This document shows, piece by piece, positions 23,533 through 31,759 of a stretch of 64,000 nucleotides of DNA. The stretch covers positions 32,001 to 96,000 of the forward strand of contig CAVXPZ010000003.1 in the NCBI GenBank assembly GCA_963763775.1. The letters run 5' to 3'. This DNA is from an uncultured Chloroflexia bacterium. Lineage in GTDB: Bacteria > Chloroflexota > Limnocylindria > Limnocylindrales > CSP1-4. Both the position numbers and the translations under genes were made by a program. A model generated the notes under the pieces. That model saw nothing but the letters and a program-made list of their open reading frames with translations, was not told where the DNA came from and did no database searches. How positions within the stretch are numbered: position 1 is the first letter of the stretch; every line of letters begins with the position of its first letter.

Positions 23533-24164
23533 GGTGCCGGCGATGCCGAGCCAGCCGCCGGCGATGCCGCCGGGCTGGCGGCCGGGGTCGACGTGTGCAC
23601 GGGGAGCTCGACGGTCACGTTGCTGCGGACCTTCAGCGGGTAGAGCATCGGGTCCAGCGCGGCGATCAGGGCGGCCAGCGCGTCCTTCTGGTGGCTGTCG
23701 GGCTTCGGCGGTCGCTTGCCGGTGGTCGGCCCCCACTCGACGAGGATGTTCTGCCCCTTGATCGCGATCGGCGGTTCGCCCTGACCCGGCTTCTTGCCGG
23801 CCTTCCACTTCTTCGCCCTCGCCAGCGCCTTCGCGGAGCTGTACTCGCTGATGATCAGCGGCCAGCCCTCGTAGGTGGCCACGAGGTCGCGCAACGGCTC
23901 CTTCCCGGCCTTGCCCGTGCCGGCCGTATCCGCGACGAGCTTGAGCCCGGCGTCCTGGAGCGCCCGGAAGACGACCTCGAGCGAGGCCGGCGTGGTCAGG
24001 TGCGGATCGGGCGTCGCCACGGGCGCGGCCGAGGCCGCGGTCGTGGCGGCCGGGGTCGGCGTGGGCGTGGCCGAACCGCACGCGGCGGTCAGCACGCCGA
24101 TCACGAGGATCGGAGCGAGCAGGCGGCCCCGTCCCCGAAACGACGACCGATTCGAATCTCGCAT
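23529..24164 (-). CDS. Hypothetical lipoprotein
   Basis: Lipobox LTAAC, Pro/Thr linker; stop overlaps the Lrp start. Confidence 0.65.
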   Translation of the reverse strand: MRDSNRSSFRGRGRLLAPILVIGVLTAACGSATPTPTPAATTAASAAPVATPDPHLTTPASLEVVFRALQDAGLKLVADTAGTGKAGKEPLRDLVATYEGWPLIISEYSSAKALARAKKWKAGKKPGQGEPPIAIKGQNILVEWGPTTGKRPPKPDSHQKDALAALIAALDPMLYPLKVRSNVTVELPVHTSTPAASPAASPAAGSASPAP

Positions 24165-24271
24165 GACCGACGGCATCCTAGCACGCGGTTCGCACGGCGA
24201 AACCCGGACAATTCTCCCCCGGCCGGCCGGACCAGCCAGGGCGCCGACGCGCCGGGCGGCGAGTGGCGCCC

Positions 24272-25204
24272 TCAGCCGCGATCGAGTTCGGCGAGGACGG
24301 CGCCCATGAGCCGGACGGACTCGACGGTGATCGGGTCGAGCACGAGCTGGACGTGGTCGATGCCCTCGGCGGCATAGGCGCGAAGCGCGTCGGCCATCTC
24401 GGCCGGTGAGCCCTCGAGGGGCGGGATCGACGCGTGGTCGACGTCGCCCTGCATCCGGCCGGTCCCGCCCGGCAGGCGCACGAGGACGACGACGGTGCGC
24501 GAGATCGCCGAGGGATCGCGTCCGACGTCCCGGCACGCCTCGTCGACGATGGAGCGCAACCGGCCGACACCCGCCGGGCTGTTCCCGGTGTCGTTGAACC
24601 AGGTGTTCCAGGCGTGCGCGTACGGCATCGTGATCCGCAGCATCCGCGGCCCGTTGGACCCGATGAGCAGCGGCGGCCCCTCCGGTCGCGGCCCAGGCGG
24701 CAGCAGCTCGCAGTCCCGCGCCTGGTAGAACCGCCCGTCGAAATCGATCGCCCCGTCCTGGAGCAGGGTCCGGATGATCGTGAAGGCCTCCTCGAACCGG
24801 TCGATCCGGTGGTCGTACGGGAAGCCGAACGCGCGGAACTCGGTCTCGTTCCAGCCGGCGCCGAGCCCAAGGACGAAGCGGCCGCCGCTGATCTCGTCGA
24901 TGGTCGAGGCCTGCTTCGCGAGGAGGGCGGGGTTGTGGTAGTTCGTGCACGCCACGAGCGGCCCGAACTCGACGCGCGAGGTCACGGCGGCGATCGCCGC
25001 CAGCTCGGTCCAGGCCTCCCACGGCCCGCGCGGCGGGAGGTCGGTCCACCGGTAGAGCAGGTGCTCGCCGAGCCAGATCGAATCGAACCCGAGATCCTCG
25101 ATCGCCCGGACCATGTCGAGCAGCTCCGGCCAGCGGACCTCACGCTCGACCTCGGGCAGCTGGACCCCGACCTTGAGCGGCCGCCGGGCGGACGCCTCGC
25201 TCAC
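24272..25204 (-). CDS. LLM-class flavin/F420-dependent oxidoreductase
   Basis: GFDSIWLGEH, HNPALLAKQASTIDEISGGRFVLGLGAGW. Confidence 0.92.
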   Translation of the reverse strand: MSEASARRPLKVGVQLPEVEREVRWPELLDMVRAIEDLGFDSIWLGEHLLYRWTDLPPRGPWEAWTELAAIAAVTSRVEFGPLVACTNYHNPALLAKQASTIDEISGGRFVLGLGAGWNETEFRAFGFPYDHRIDRFEEAFTIIRTLLQDGAIDFDGRFYQARDCELLPPGPRPEGPPLLIGSNGPRMLRITMPYAHAWNTWFNDTGNSPAGVGRLRSIVDEACRDVGRDPSAISRTVVVLVRLPGGTGRMQGDVDHASIPPLEGSPAEMADALRAYAAEGIDHVQLVLDPITVESVRLMGAVLAELDRG

Positions 25205-26232
25205 GCCCGTGCCGCGAGCGCCGATGCGATGGCCCGGATGTGGTCCGGCGTGCTGCCGCAGCACCCGCCCACGATGGTCGCCCCGGCATCGCGCATCTCG
25301 AGGACCTGGCCGGCCATCGTCTCCGGGTCCGCGCGGTAGACGGCTCGCATGTCGACCAGCTCGGGCATCCCGGCGTTCGACTTGGCGACGAGCACGACGT
25401 CGGGCGCCGCCGCGCGCATCTTCGCGACGACCGGGATCAGTTCGTCGGGCCCGTTGCCGCAGTTGCCGCCGATGGCGTCGGCGCCCCAGGCCACGAGGGA
25501 CTCGACGGCCTGTTCCGGCGTGACGCCCATCATCGTGTGGCCGCGCGTGTCGAACGTCATCGTCGCCACCAGCGCGATGGCCGGCGCGGCCTGGCGGACC
25601 CCCTCGATCGCGGCACGGATCTCGTTGAGGTCCGACATCGTCTCGATCCAGATCAGGTCGACGCCGCCGGCCACGAGCGACGCGGCCTGCTCGCGGAAGA
25701 TGTCGACCGCGTCGTCGTACGCGAGCGTGCCGAGCGGCTCGACGATCTCACCGGACGGCCCGATGTCGCCGGCCACCAGGGCGGTCCCGCCGGCGGAATC
25801 CACCTCCGCCCGCAGCAGGATGGCCGCCGTCCGGTTCAGCTCGTCGACGCGGTCGCCGTGGCCGCTGAGTCGCAGCCGCGCCCGGTTCCCACCGAAGGTG
25901 TTGGTGAGGAGGATCTGCGAGCCGGCTTCCAGGTATCCGCGCTGGATGCGGCGGATGACGTCCGGATGGGCCAGGTTCCAGACCTCCGGCGGGTCGCCGA
26001 ACTGCAGCCCGTTCGCGAAGAGCATCGTGCCCATCGCCCCGTCGGCGAGGATCGGGCCACCGGCATCGACGAGGGCGCGGAACTTCGCACTGGCCGCCCC
26101 GCCGTCGAGCGCGCGACGCGTGGCGGTGTCCGGGAATCGCGACGTGTCGACGACGGGTGCGCCGCTCGCGTCCGCGTCGCCGTCCGAGCGTGTCGTGTCG
26201 TGCGGTCGGCGAGACCGTCTGGTGGGCTCCAT
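25201..26232 (-). CDS. Homocysteine S-methyltransferase family protein (stand-alone Hcy-binding domain)
   Basis: LADGAMGT, TNTFG, AGDIGP, IETMSD, GGNCG, SNAGMP, GGCCGSTPDHI. Confidence 0.92.
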   Translation of the reverse strand: MEPTRRSRRPHDTTRSDGDADASGAPVVDTSRFPDTATRRALDGGAASAKFRALVDAGGPILADGAMGTMLFANGLQFGDPPEVWNLAHPDVIRRIQRGYLEAGSQILLTNTFGGNRARLRLSGHGDRVDELNRTAAILLRAEVDSAGGTALVAGDIGPSGEIVEPLGTLAYDDAVDIFREQAASLVAGGVDLIWIETMSDLNEIRAAIEGVRQAAPAIALVATMTFDTRGHTMMGVTPEQAVESLVAWGADAIGGNCGNGPDELIPVVAKMRAAAPDVVLVAKSNAGMPELVDMRAVYRADPETMAGQVLEMRDAGATIVGGCCGSTPDHIRAIASALAARA

Positions 26233-26250
26233 TCCCGCATCATAGCGAGC

Positions 26251-27918
26251 ATGTGTGCGCAGCCCCGTCGATCGCCCGACCTCACCGCGGCCGTGACCGC
26301 CATCGATGCGGAGGTCGCGCGTCGACGGGCGGACGGCTCCACCCCGGCCATCACGATCGCCGTGACCGACCTCGAGGGCAACGCGGATCGACCGGGTCTA
26401 TGGCGACGCCGAGGTCGCCGGGCATCGCCCCGCCGACCAGGACACGCTCTTCGAGATCGGCTCGATCGGCAAGACGTTCACGGCCCTCGTGGTCATGCAG
26501 CTGGCCGAGGAAGGCCGGTTGGGTCTCGACGACCCGGTCGTCCGGCACCTGCCGTGGTTCCGGGTGCCGCGGACCGGTCCCCGGATCACGATCCGTCATC
26601 TGCTGAGCCACACGGGCGGGATCACGGCGGGCATCGACGGCACGCCCGAGGCGACGTTCCAGGTCTGGCGGTTGCGCGATCTCCCGCCCGGTTGTGCGCC
26701 GGGCCGCCGGTACCACTACTCGAATGTGGGCTACAAGACGCTCGGGCTCGTCATCGAGGCGATCGAGGGGGCGCCGTACCCGGACGTGCTGCGGCACCGC
26801 CTGCTCGAACCGCTCGGGATGACGCGCACGGAGCCCGAGATCACGAACGCGATCCGCCCACGGATGGCCGTCGCCTACGCGCCGGCGCGCGACGACCGCC
26901 TCTGGACCGAAGGCCTCCCGCAGCGGCCGGCGACCTGGCTCGAGACCGCGACCGCCGATGGGTGCCTCGCCTCGACCGCCGCCGACATGGCGAGGTTCGC
27001 CCGGATGCTGCTGCGCGGCGGCGAGATCGACGGCCGGCGGATCGTCCCGACGTCCGCGATCGAGGCGATGGCGACGCCGGTCGCCGCCCTCGGCGCCGAC
27101 GGGTATGGGCTCGGCCTGATCAACCACGAGGTCGACGGGCACGACTACCTCGGGCACACGGGCGCGATGGTCGGCTCGGTCGCCGGCCTGTGGACCGATC
27201 CGGCCGCGGGGCTCGGGGCCGTGGTCCTGCAGACGGGGTTCGCGTACAGCCCGTTCGCGCTGACCCGGCTGGCCATCCGCGCCGTGGCCGAGGTCCGCCA
27301 GGGTCGGCCCGTGCCCGGATCCGGCAAAGCACCGCGACCGGTGGCGCGTCCCGGCCGCCCGACGACGAGCTCGTCCCGTTCACCGGCACGTTCGACGGCG
27401 AGGATGGGCGGACGCTCCGGGTCAAGGCGGTCGCCGACGCCCTGACCGTCGACGACGGGTCGCGGACGCACCCCGCGAAGTCCTTCGGCGACGACCGCTG
27501 GCTCATCGCGGACCCGGCCTGGAACGACGCGCTGCTCTCGTTCGAGGCCGGCGGCGACATCGCCTGGCACGGCGCCGTCCGGTTCGTCCGACGCGGGACG
27601 GTACCCGCGCCACTGCGCGAGCCGTCGGCCGAGCTACGGTCCATCGCCGGCCGCTACCGCAGCCACGACCCGTGGACGACGAACTTCCGCGTCGTCCTCC
27701 GCGGCGACGTCCCGTGGCTGTGCTTCCCGGCGGTCCCCGACGGCTTCGAGGACGAGCAGCCGCTTCGACCGCTCGCCCGTGGCGGCTTCGGCGTCGGCGA
27801 CGACCCACTCGGGCCGGAGCGGATCCGCTTCGACACGATCATCGATGGACGGGCCCGCCGTGCCTGGCTGTCCGGGTGGGACTACTACCGGGCCGACGAC
27901 ACGCCGGCGACGTCTTGA
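26251..27918 (+). CDS. Serine hydrolase, beta-lactamase/AmpC-like (frameshifts near 26380 and 27310-27360)
   Basis: SxxK (GSIGK), LLSHTGG, YSN, GHTG motifs in the middle frame. Confidence 0.85.
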   Translation: MCAQPRRSPDLTAAVTAIDAEVARRRADGSTPAITIAVTDLEGNADRPGLWRRRGRRASPRRPGHALRDRLDRQDVHGPRGHAAGRGRPVGSRRPGRPAPAVVPGAADRSPDHDPSSAEPHGRDHGGHRRHARGDVPGLAVARSPARLCAGPPVPLLECGLQDARARHRGDRGGAVPGRAAAPPARTARDDAHGARDHERDPPTDGRRLRAGARRPPLDRRPPAAAGDLARDRDRRWVPRLDRRRHGEVRPDAAARRRDRRPADRPDVRDRGDGDAGRRPRRRRVWARPDQPRGRRARLPRAHGRDGRLGRRPVDRSGRGARGRGPADGVRVQPVRADPAGHPRRGRGPPGSARARIRQSTATGGASRPPDDELVPFTGTFDGEDGRTLRVKAVADALTVDDGSRTHPAKSFGDDRWLIADPAWNDALLSFEAGGDIAWHGAVRFVRRGTVPAPLREPSAELRSIAGRYRSHDPWTTNFRVVLRGDVPWLCFPAVPDGFEDEQPLRPLARGGFGVGDDPLGPERIRFDTIIDGRARRAWLSGWDYYRADDTPATS

Positions 27919-27953
27919 CAGCGATCGGACCCATCCGCCACCCTGCGCCCGAC

Positions 27954-28022
27954 ATGCATCACGTCGACGCACGCACCGCGACCACGTCGCAGCAGCAGCC
28001 CTCGAGGGCCTGCTCGACCTGA
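27954..28022 (+). CDS. Putative leader peptide MHHVDARTATTSQQQPSRACST
   Basis: Follows TTGACA (27915-27920) and CACCCT (27939-27944); stop overlaps a second ATG (TGATG). Confidence 0.5.
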   Translation: MHHVDARTATTSQQQPSRACST

Positions 28023-28061
28023 TGCGCCGCGCCCGGAACGGGCGCCACCACCACGGAACGA

Positions 28062-28100
28062 GGAACGCCCTCAGCAGACATGCTGGGGGCGTTTCCATTT
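28062..28100 (+). terminator. Attenuator-like hairpin upstream of lysE-family gene
   Basis: GGAACGCCCTCAGCA-gaca-TGCTGGGGGCGTTTCC followed by ATTT and the GGAGG RBS. Confidence 0.65.
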
Positions 28101-28111
28101 GGGAGGCATCG

Positions 28112-28729
28112 ATGGATCCCGAACTCCTTGGCCGGGGCTTCGTCCTCGGCTTCACGATCGCGGCGGCGGTCGGGCCGATCAGCCTGCTCGTCATCCGCCG
28201 GACGCTCGCGGAAGGCCGCGTCGTCGGCCTGGCATCGGGCCTGGGCGTCGCGACGGCCGACGCGACGTACGGCGGCATCGCCGCGTTCGGCCTGTCCGCG
28301 ATCACGGACCTGCTCGTCGGGGGCGGCCGGATCCTCGGGCTGGTGGGCGGGGTGTTCCTCCTGTGGCTCGCGTGGCGGACCGCGAGGAGCGACCCGGGGA
28401 CCGCGGCGGCCGTGACCGAGCGACGGGGTGGGCTTCCCGGCGCCTACCTCTCGATCCTCGGGCTCACGATGACGAACCCGATGACGATCCTGTCGTTCGG
28501 CGCGCTGTTCGCCGGTCTCGGCGTCACCGGCTCGGACGCGATGGAGTCCGCGCTGATCACGCTGGGCGTGTTCCTCGGCTCGGCGTCGTGGTGGGTCGTC
28601 CTGACGACGACGATCGGCGCCCTCCGCTCGCGGGTGACGCCACGCTGGCTCCGGGTCGTCAACATCGTGTCCGGCGTCGTCATCGGCGCGTTCGCTCTGG
28701 TCGCCATCGGCATCGCGGTCCGAGGTTGA
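28112..28729 (+). CDS. LysE/RhtB family amino acid exporter
   Basis: GFTIAAAVGPISLL, GLGVATADATY, LTMTNPMTI; GGAGG RBS. Confidence 0.9.
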   Translation: MDPELLGRGFVLGFTIAAAVGPISLLVIRRTLAEGRVVGLASGLGVATADATYGGIAAFGLSAITDLLVGGGRILGLVGGVFLLWLAWRTARSDPGTAAAVTERRGGLPGAYLSILGLTMTNPMTILSFGALFAGLGVTGSDAMESALITLGVFLGSASWWVVLTTTIGALRSRVTPRWLRVVNIVSGVVIGAFALVAIGIAVRG

Positions 28730-28769
28730 CCGTCATGACCGCGTCACACGCGGGAGTAGGATTGGGGCG

Positions 28770-29585
28770 GTGGACGAGGCGACGGCCGAGACCCAGACGA
28801 GCGAGCATTGGCGGGCCCTGCTGACCGGCGAGGACGCGTCGCTCAGGAAGCTGCGCCAGGTGTGGCGCCACGTCCCGTCATCGCCGCGCTGCAAGGTCTG
28901 CGCGGCCCCGTTCAGCGGACTCGGCAAGATCGCGACGAAGCTGGCGATGCACGGCCGTTCGATCGAGAACCCCCTCCTGTGCGGGATGTGCTTCCGGGAG
29001 CTCCGCAAGCACCCCGGGGGCGCCGAGGTCGAGATCAGCGTCCTGTTCGCCGACATCCGCGGCTCGACGGCGATGGCCGAGCGACTCTCGCCTGCCGACT
29101 TCCGCGGCCGGGTCCAGCATTTCTACGAGCTCGGCGCGAAGGCGATCGAGCGCAACGGCGGCATCGTCGACAAGTTCCTGGGCGACGGGATCATGGCGCT
29201 GTTCATCCCGGTCCTGGCGGGCGAGCGGCACGCCCGCCGGGCGATCACCGCGGGCCGGGACCTCATGGTCGACCTCGCCCGGTCGGACCTGCCGCGTGAC
29301 GGGGTCCATGTCGGCGCGGGCGTGGACGCCGGCACGGCCTTCGTGGGGGTCCTCGGCTCGGACGACCGGCTGGATTTCACCGCCCTCGGCGACACCGTGA
29401 ATACCGCCGCGCGCCTCGGGTCAGCGGCCGGGCCGGACCGACTGATCGTCTCGGATCGTGCCTGGACCTCGGCCGGCCTCGAGCCGGCAGGCGGACTCGC
29501 GCGGCACGACCTCGACGTCGCCGGCAAGGCCGCCCCGCTCCCGGTCGTCGATCTCGGTGCGGAGGACCTCGCGCTGATCGGCTAG
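28770..29585 (+). CDS. Class III adenylate/guanylate cyclase with N-terminal CxxC...CxxC motif
   Basis: RCKVC, LCGMC; VLFADIRGST, DKFLGDG, DFTALGDTVNTAARL. Confidence 0.9.
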   Translation: MDEATAETQTSEHWRALLTGEDASLRKLRQVWRHVPSSPRCKVCAAPFSGLGKIATKLAMHGRSIENPLLCGMCFRELRKHPGGAEVEISVLFADIRGSTAMAERLSPADFRGRVQHFYELGAKAIERNGGIVDKFLGDGIMALFIPVLAGERHARRAITAGRDLMVDLARSDLPRDGVHVGAGVDAGTAFVGVLGSDDRLDFTALGDTVNTAARLGSAAGPDRLIVSDRAWTSAGLEPAGGLARHDLDVAGKAAPLPVVDLGAEDLALIG

Positions 29586-29681
29586 GGTCGCGCCCCCGCG
29601 CGAGGGCGTCGACATCGTCATCGACTCCTTCGGTCCAGCCGAGTGACGCCCGACCGCGTCGTCGCCCGATGAAGGTTCGGT

Positions 29682-29758
29682 TGGTCGGGGAGGCGGGATT
29701 CGAACCCGCGATCTCATGCTCCCAAAGCATGTGCGTTGCCAGGCTACGCTACTCCCCG
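29682..29758 (-). tRNA. tRNA-Pro(UGG)
   Basis: CGGGGAGTAGCGTAGCCTGGCAACGCACATGCTTTGGGAGCATGAGATCGCGGGTTCGAATCCCGCCTCCCCGACCA. Confidence 0.97.
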
Positions 29759-29814
29759 GGCGGACCGTCGCGGCGGATGATACCCCGGCGACCAGACCGC
29801 CCCCCGTCCCAGGG

Positions 29815-30462
29815 TCACTGACGCTCGACGACGCCCCAGAACAACGGGTCCTCGCGGACGAAGCGCGCCCGCCAGCCCGATCCCTCGAGCCGTCGGGCCA
29901 GGGCCTCAGGATCCCAGAGCACCTTGACGATCCGGAACCGCCGCCCGTCCAGAAGGGTCCGCATGACGACCTCGTCCTGCGCCGTCACCTCCTCCGACCA
30001 GAGCCCGTGCGCCGCCTCGTCGAGGACGAAGACGCGGCCATCCGGCGCGAGCATCGCGTCGATCGCCGCCCAGAACGCGTCGAACCGGTCGCTCGGGATG
30101 TGCGACAGCAGCGCCCCGAACACGACCAGGTCGGCGGGTGTCTCGGGACGCCAGTCGAAGGCATCGGCAGCGACCGTCGCGATGTTCGGCGCGGCCACCT
30201 TCAGCCGGAGCAGCTCGAGCGCCTCCGGCGACGAGTCCACCGCTACCACCGCCTCGGCCACCGACGCGAGGACAGCCGTGTACTGGCCGGTCCCGGCCCC
30301 GAGCTCGATCGCCGATCCGACCGGCCCGAGCGCCCGCAGGTCCGCGACGGCCCGCGCGAACACGTCGTCATACGGGTCGTCGTCGGGGCGAGCGGTCGCG
30401 TCGTACTCCGGCGCCCGCGCCCGGTAGTAGCGGATCTGCTCGGCGAGCAGCTCGTCCGTCAT
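29815..30462 (-). CDS. Class I SAM-dependent methyltransferase
   Basis: YYRARAPEYD, IELGAGTG, AVDSSPE, LLSHIP. Confidence 0.9.
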   Translation of the reverse strand: MTDELLAEQIRYYRARAPEYDATARPDDDPYDDVFARAVADLRALGPVGSAIELGAGTGQYTAVLASVAEAVVAVDSSPEALELLRLKVAAPNIATVAADAFDWRPETPADLVVFGALLSHIPSDRFDAFWAAIDAMLAPDGRVFVLDEAAHGLWSEEVTAQDEVVMRTLLDGRRFRIVKVLWDPEALARRLEGSGWRARFVREDPLFWGVVERQ

Positions 30463-30509
30463 GCGGACCGGCGCTCGCGGTCGAACCAGCGCATGGGTCG
30501 GCCCAGGCT

Positions 30510-30776
30510 CTACCCGTCGACCTCGAGGTCGAACGCGTCCTCATGGGACAGGAGCGTCTGGGCGATCAGCGCCCGGGCGCGGATCAGGGCCTCGTCGCGG
30601 TCGGCCGCGGCGACCTCGAGCGTGGGGAGCTGCACGACGGTCGCGACGACCCCCTCGGCCAGGTGCTCGATCCGCAGCTCGTAGACCGGCCGCTCGCCGC
30701 GCTCGATCATGCGCCGCCCCTCGTTGACGGCGTTCTCGAGGAGCAGGAGGTCGGCCTGGAACTGCGGGCCCTTCAT
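30510..30776 (-). CDS. Small hypothetical protein, HicB-like N-terminal fold
   Basis: YELRIEHLAEGVVATVVQLPTLEVAAADRDEALIRARALIA resembles the HicB partial RNase H pattern. Confidence 0.5.
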   Translation of the reverse strand: MKGPQFQADLLLLENAVNEGRRMIERGERPVYELRIEHLAEGVVATVVQLPTLEVAAADRDEALIRARALIAQTLLSHEDAFDLEVDG

Positions 30777-30820
30777 GCCGGGCATGGTGCCACAGGCGAC
30801 AGCGCGCGACGCACGGAATC

Positions 30821-30855
30821 ACGAAGGCGGCGGTCAGGAGGACCGCCGCCTTCGT
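30821..30855. terminator. Strong hairpin downstream of the secreted protein gene
   Basis: Perfect 15-bp stem ACGAAGGCGGCGGTC / GACCGCCGCCTTCGT with 5-nt loop. Confidence 0.75.
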
Positions 30856-30883
30856 TCCCCCCGTCAGGGGTGACCCGGGAGGG

Positions 30884-31429
30884 TCAGCTGACCTTGATGA
30901 CGACGAACGGGTTCGAGAGGGGATGCACGTGGCGCTTCCCGAGCCAGATCCGCGACACGGGGAGGGCCGCCTTGCCCTGCCATCCGCTGATCTGGAGGCT
31001 CTGCGAACAGGCCGTCTTGAAGTTGAGGCCGTCGATGTGGCCGTAGTTGTTGAAGCGGTACGTCAGCGTCAGCTTGTCCTCGCTGAGCTTGAAGACGTCG
31101 CGCTTCTCGAGGAGGACGCCGCTGACCTTGATCGGCGTCGTCGACACGATCGTGCCGGAGAAGACGACCTTGCGCGTGCCGTGATGCGTGACGCGAAGGT
31201 GCCAGCCGTTCCGGTCGTGCCAGAAGTAGTCACCGGCGCGAGCGCCCGCGTGCAGGTTCGTCGGGCGACCCTGGACGGATGCCGGCCAGTGCGTATCCGG
31301 ACAGGTCGTGGTGGGGGCCGTGGTCGGCTCGGCGGCGAACGTCGCCGCGGGGACCAGCAGACCGGCGCCCAGGGCGCTGACGGCGAGGAGCGCCGAGATC
31401 GACCGGCGGCGGATCGTGTGGCTCAGCAA
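30884..31429 (-). CDS. Secreted hypothetical beta-rich protein
   Basis: Signal peptide ending ATFA; GAAGGAG RBS; YFWHDRNGWHLRVTH. Confidence 0.75.
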   Translation of the reverse strand: MLSHTIRRRSISALLAVSALGAGLLVPAATFAAEPTTAPTTTCPDTHWPASVQGRPTNLHAGARAGDYFWHDRNGWHLRVTHHGTRKVVFSGTIVSTTPIKVSGVLLEKRDVFKLSEDKLTLTYRFNNYGHIDGLNFKTACSQSLQISGWQGKAALPVSRIWLGKRHVHPLSNPFVVIKVS

Positions 31430-31759
31430 GGTGAGCTCCTTCCTTCCAGACCCTCGAGGTGGGTGCGAGGGACGGTGTGTGGACGGACGGTCAGGTGACG
31501 GACTCGTCCTTGGACATCGGGAGCGTGCCGTTCCGCTGTGAAGAGGGGGTTAAGAGGCCAAGATCGTCTTGTCCCGGTGGTGCGCGAACGCACCACGTCA
31601 CGCCCGTGGGACCTGGCTCGTCAGAAGGGCCAGACGCCGGGCGATCACTGGCAGGCTGATCGATCGCCCGGCGTCCCCACGTCACGACGCGCCGCCGGGC
31701 GCTAGACTCAGGTGCGGCCGGGGCGATCAGCGCCCCCACACGGAGGAACCTCAGCCCGC

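Noticed and set aside
29679-29690. GGTTGGTCGGGG shared between the tRNA-Pro(UGG) end and the left repeat, suggesting a 23-kb island
   Set aside because: The next bases (CGA) and the 30-nt arm match tRNA-Pro(CGG), and the intervening region holds core genes.
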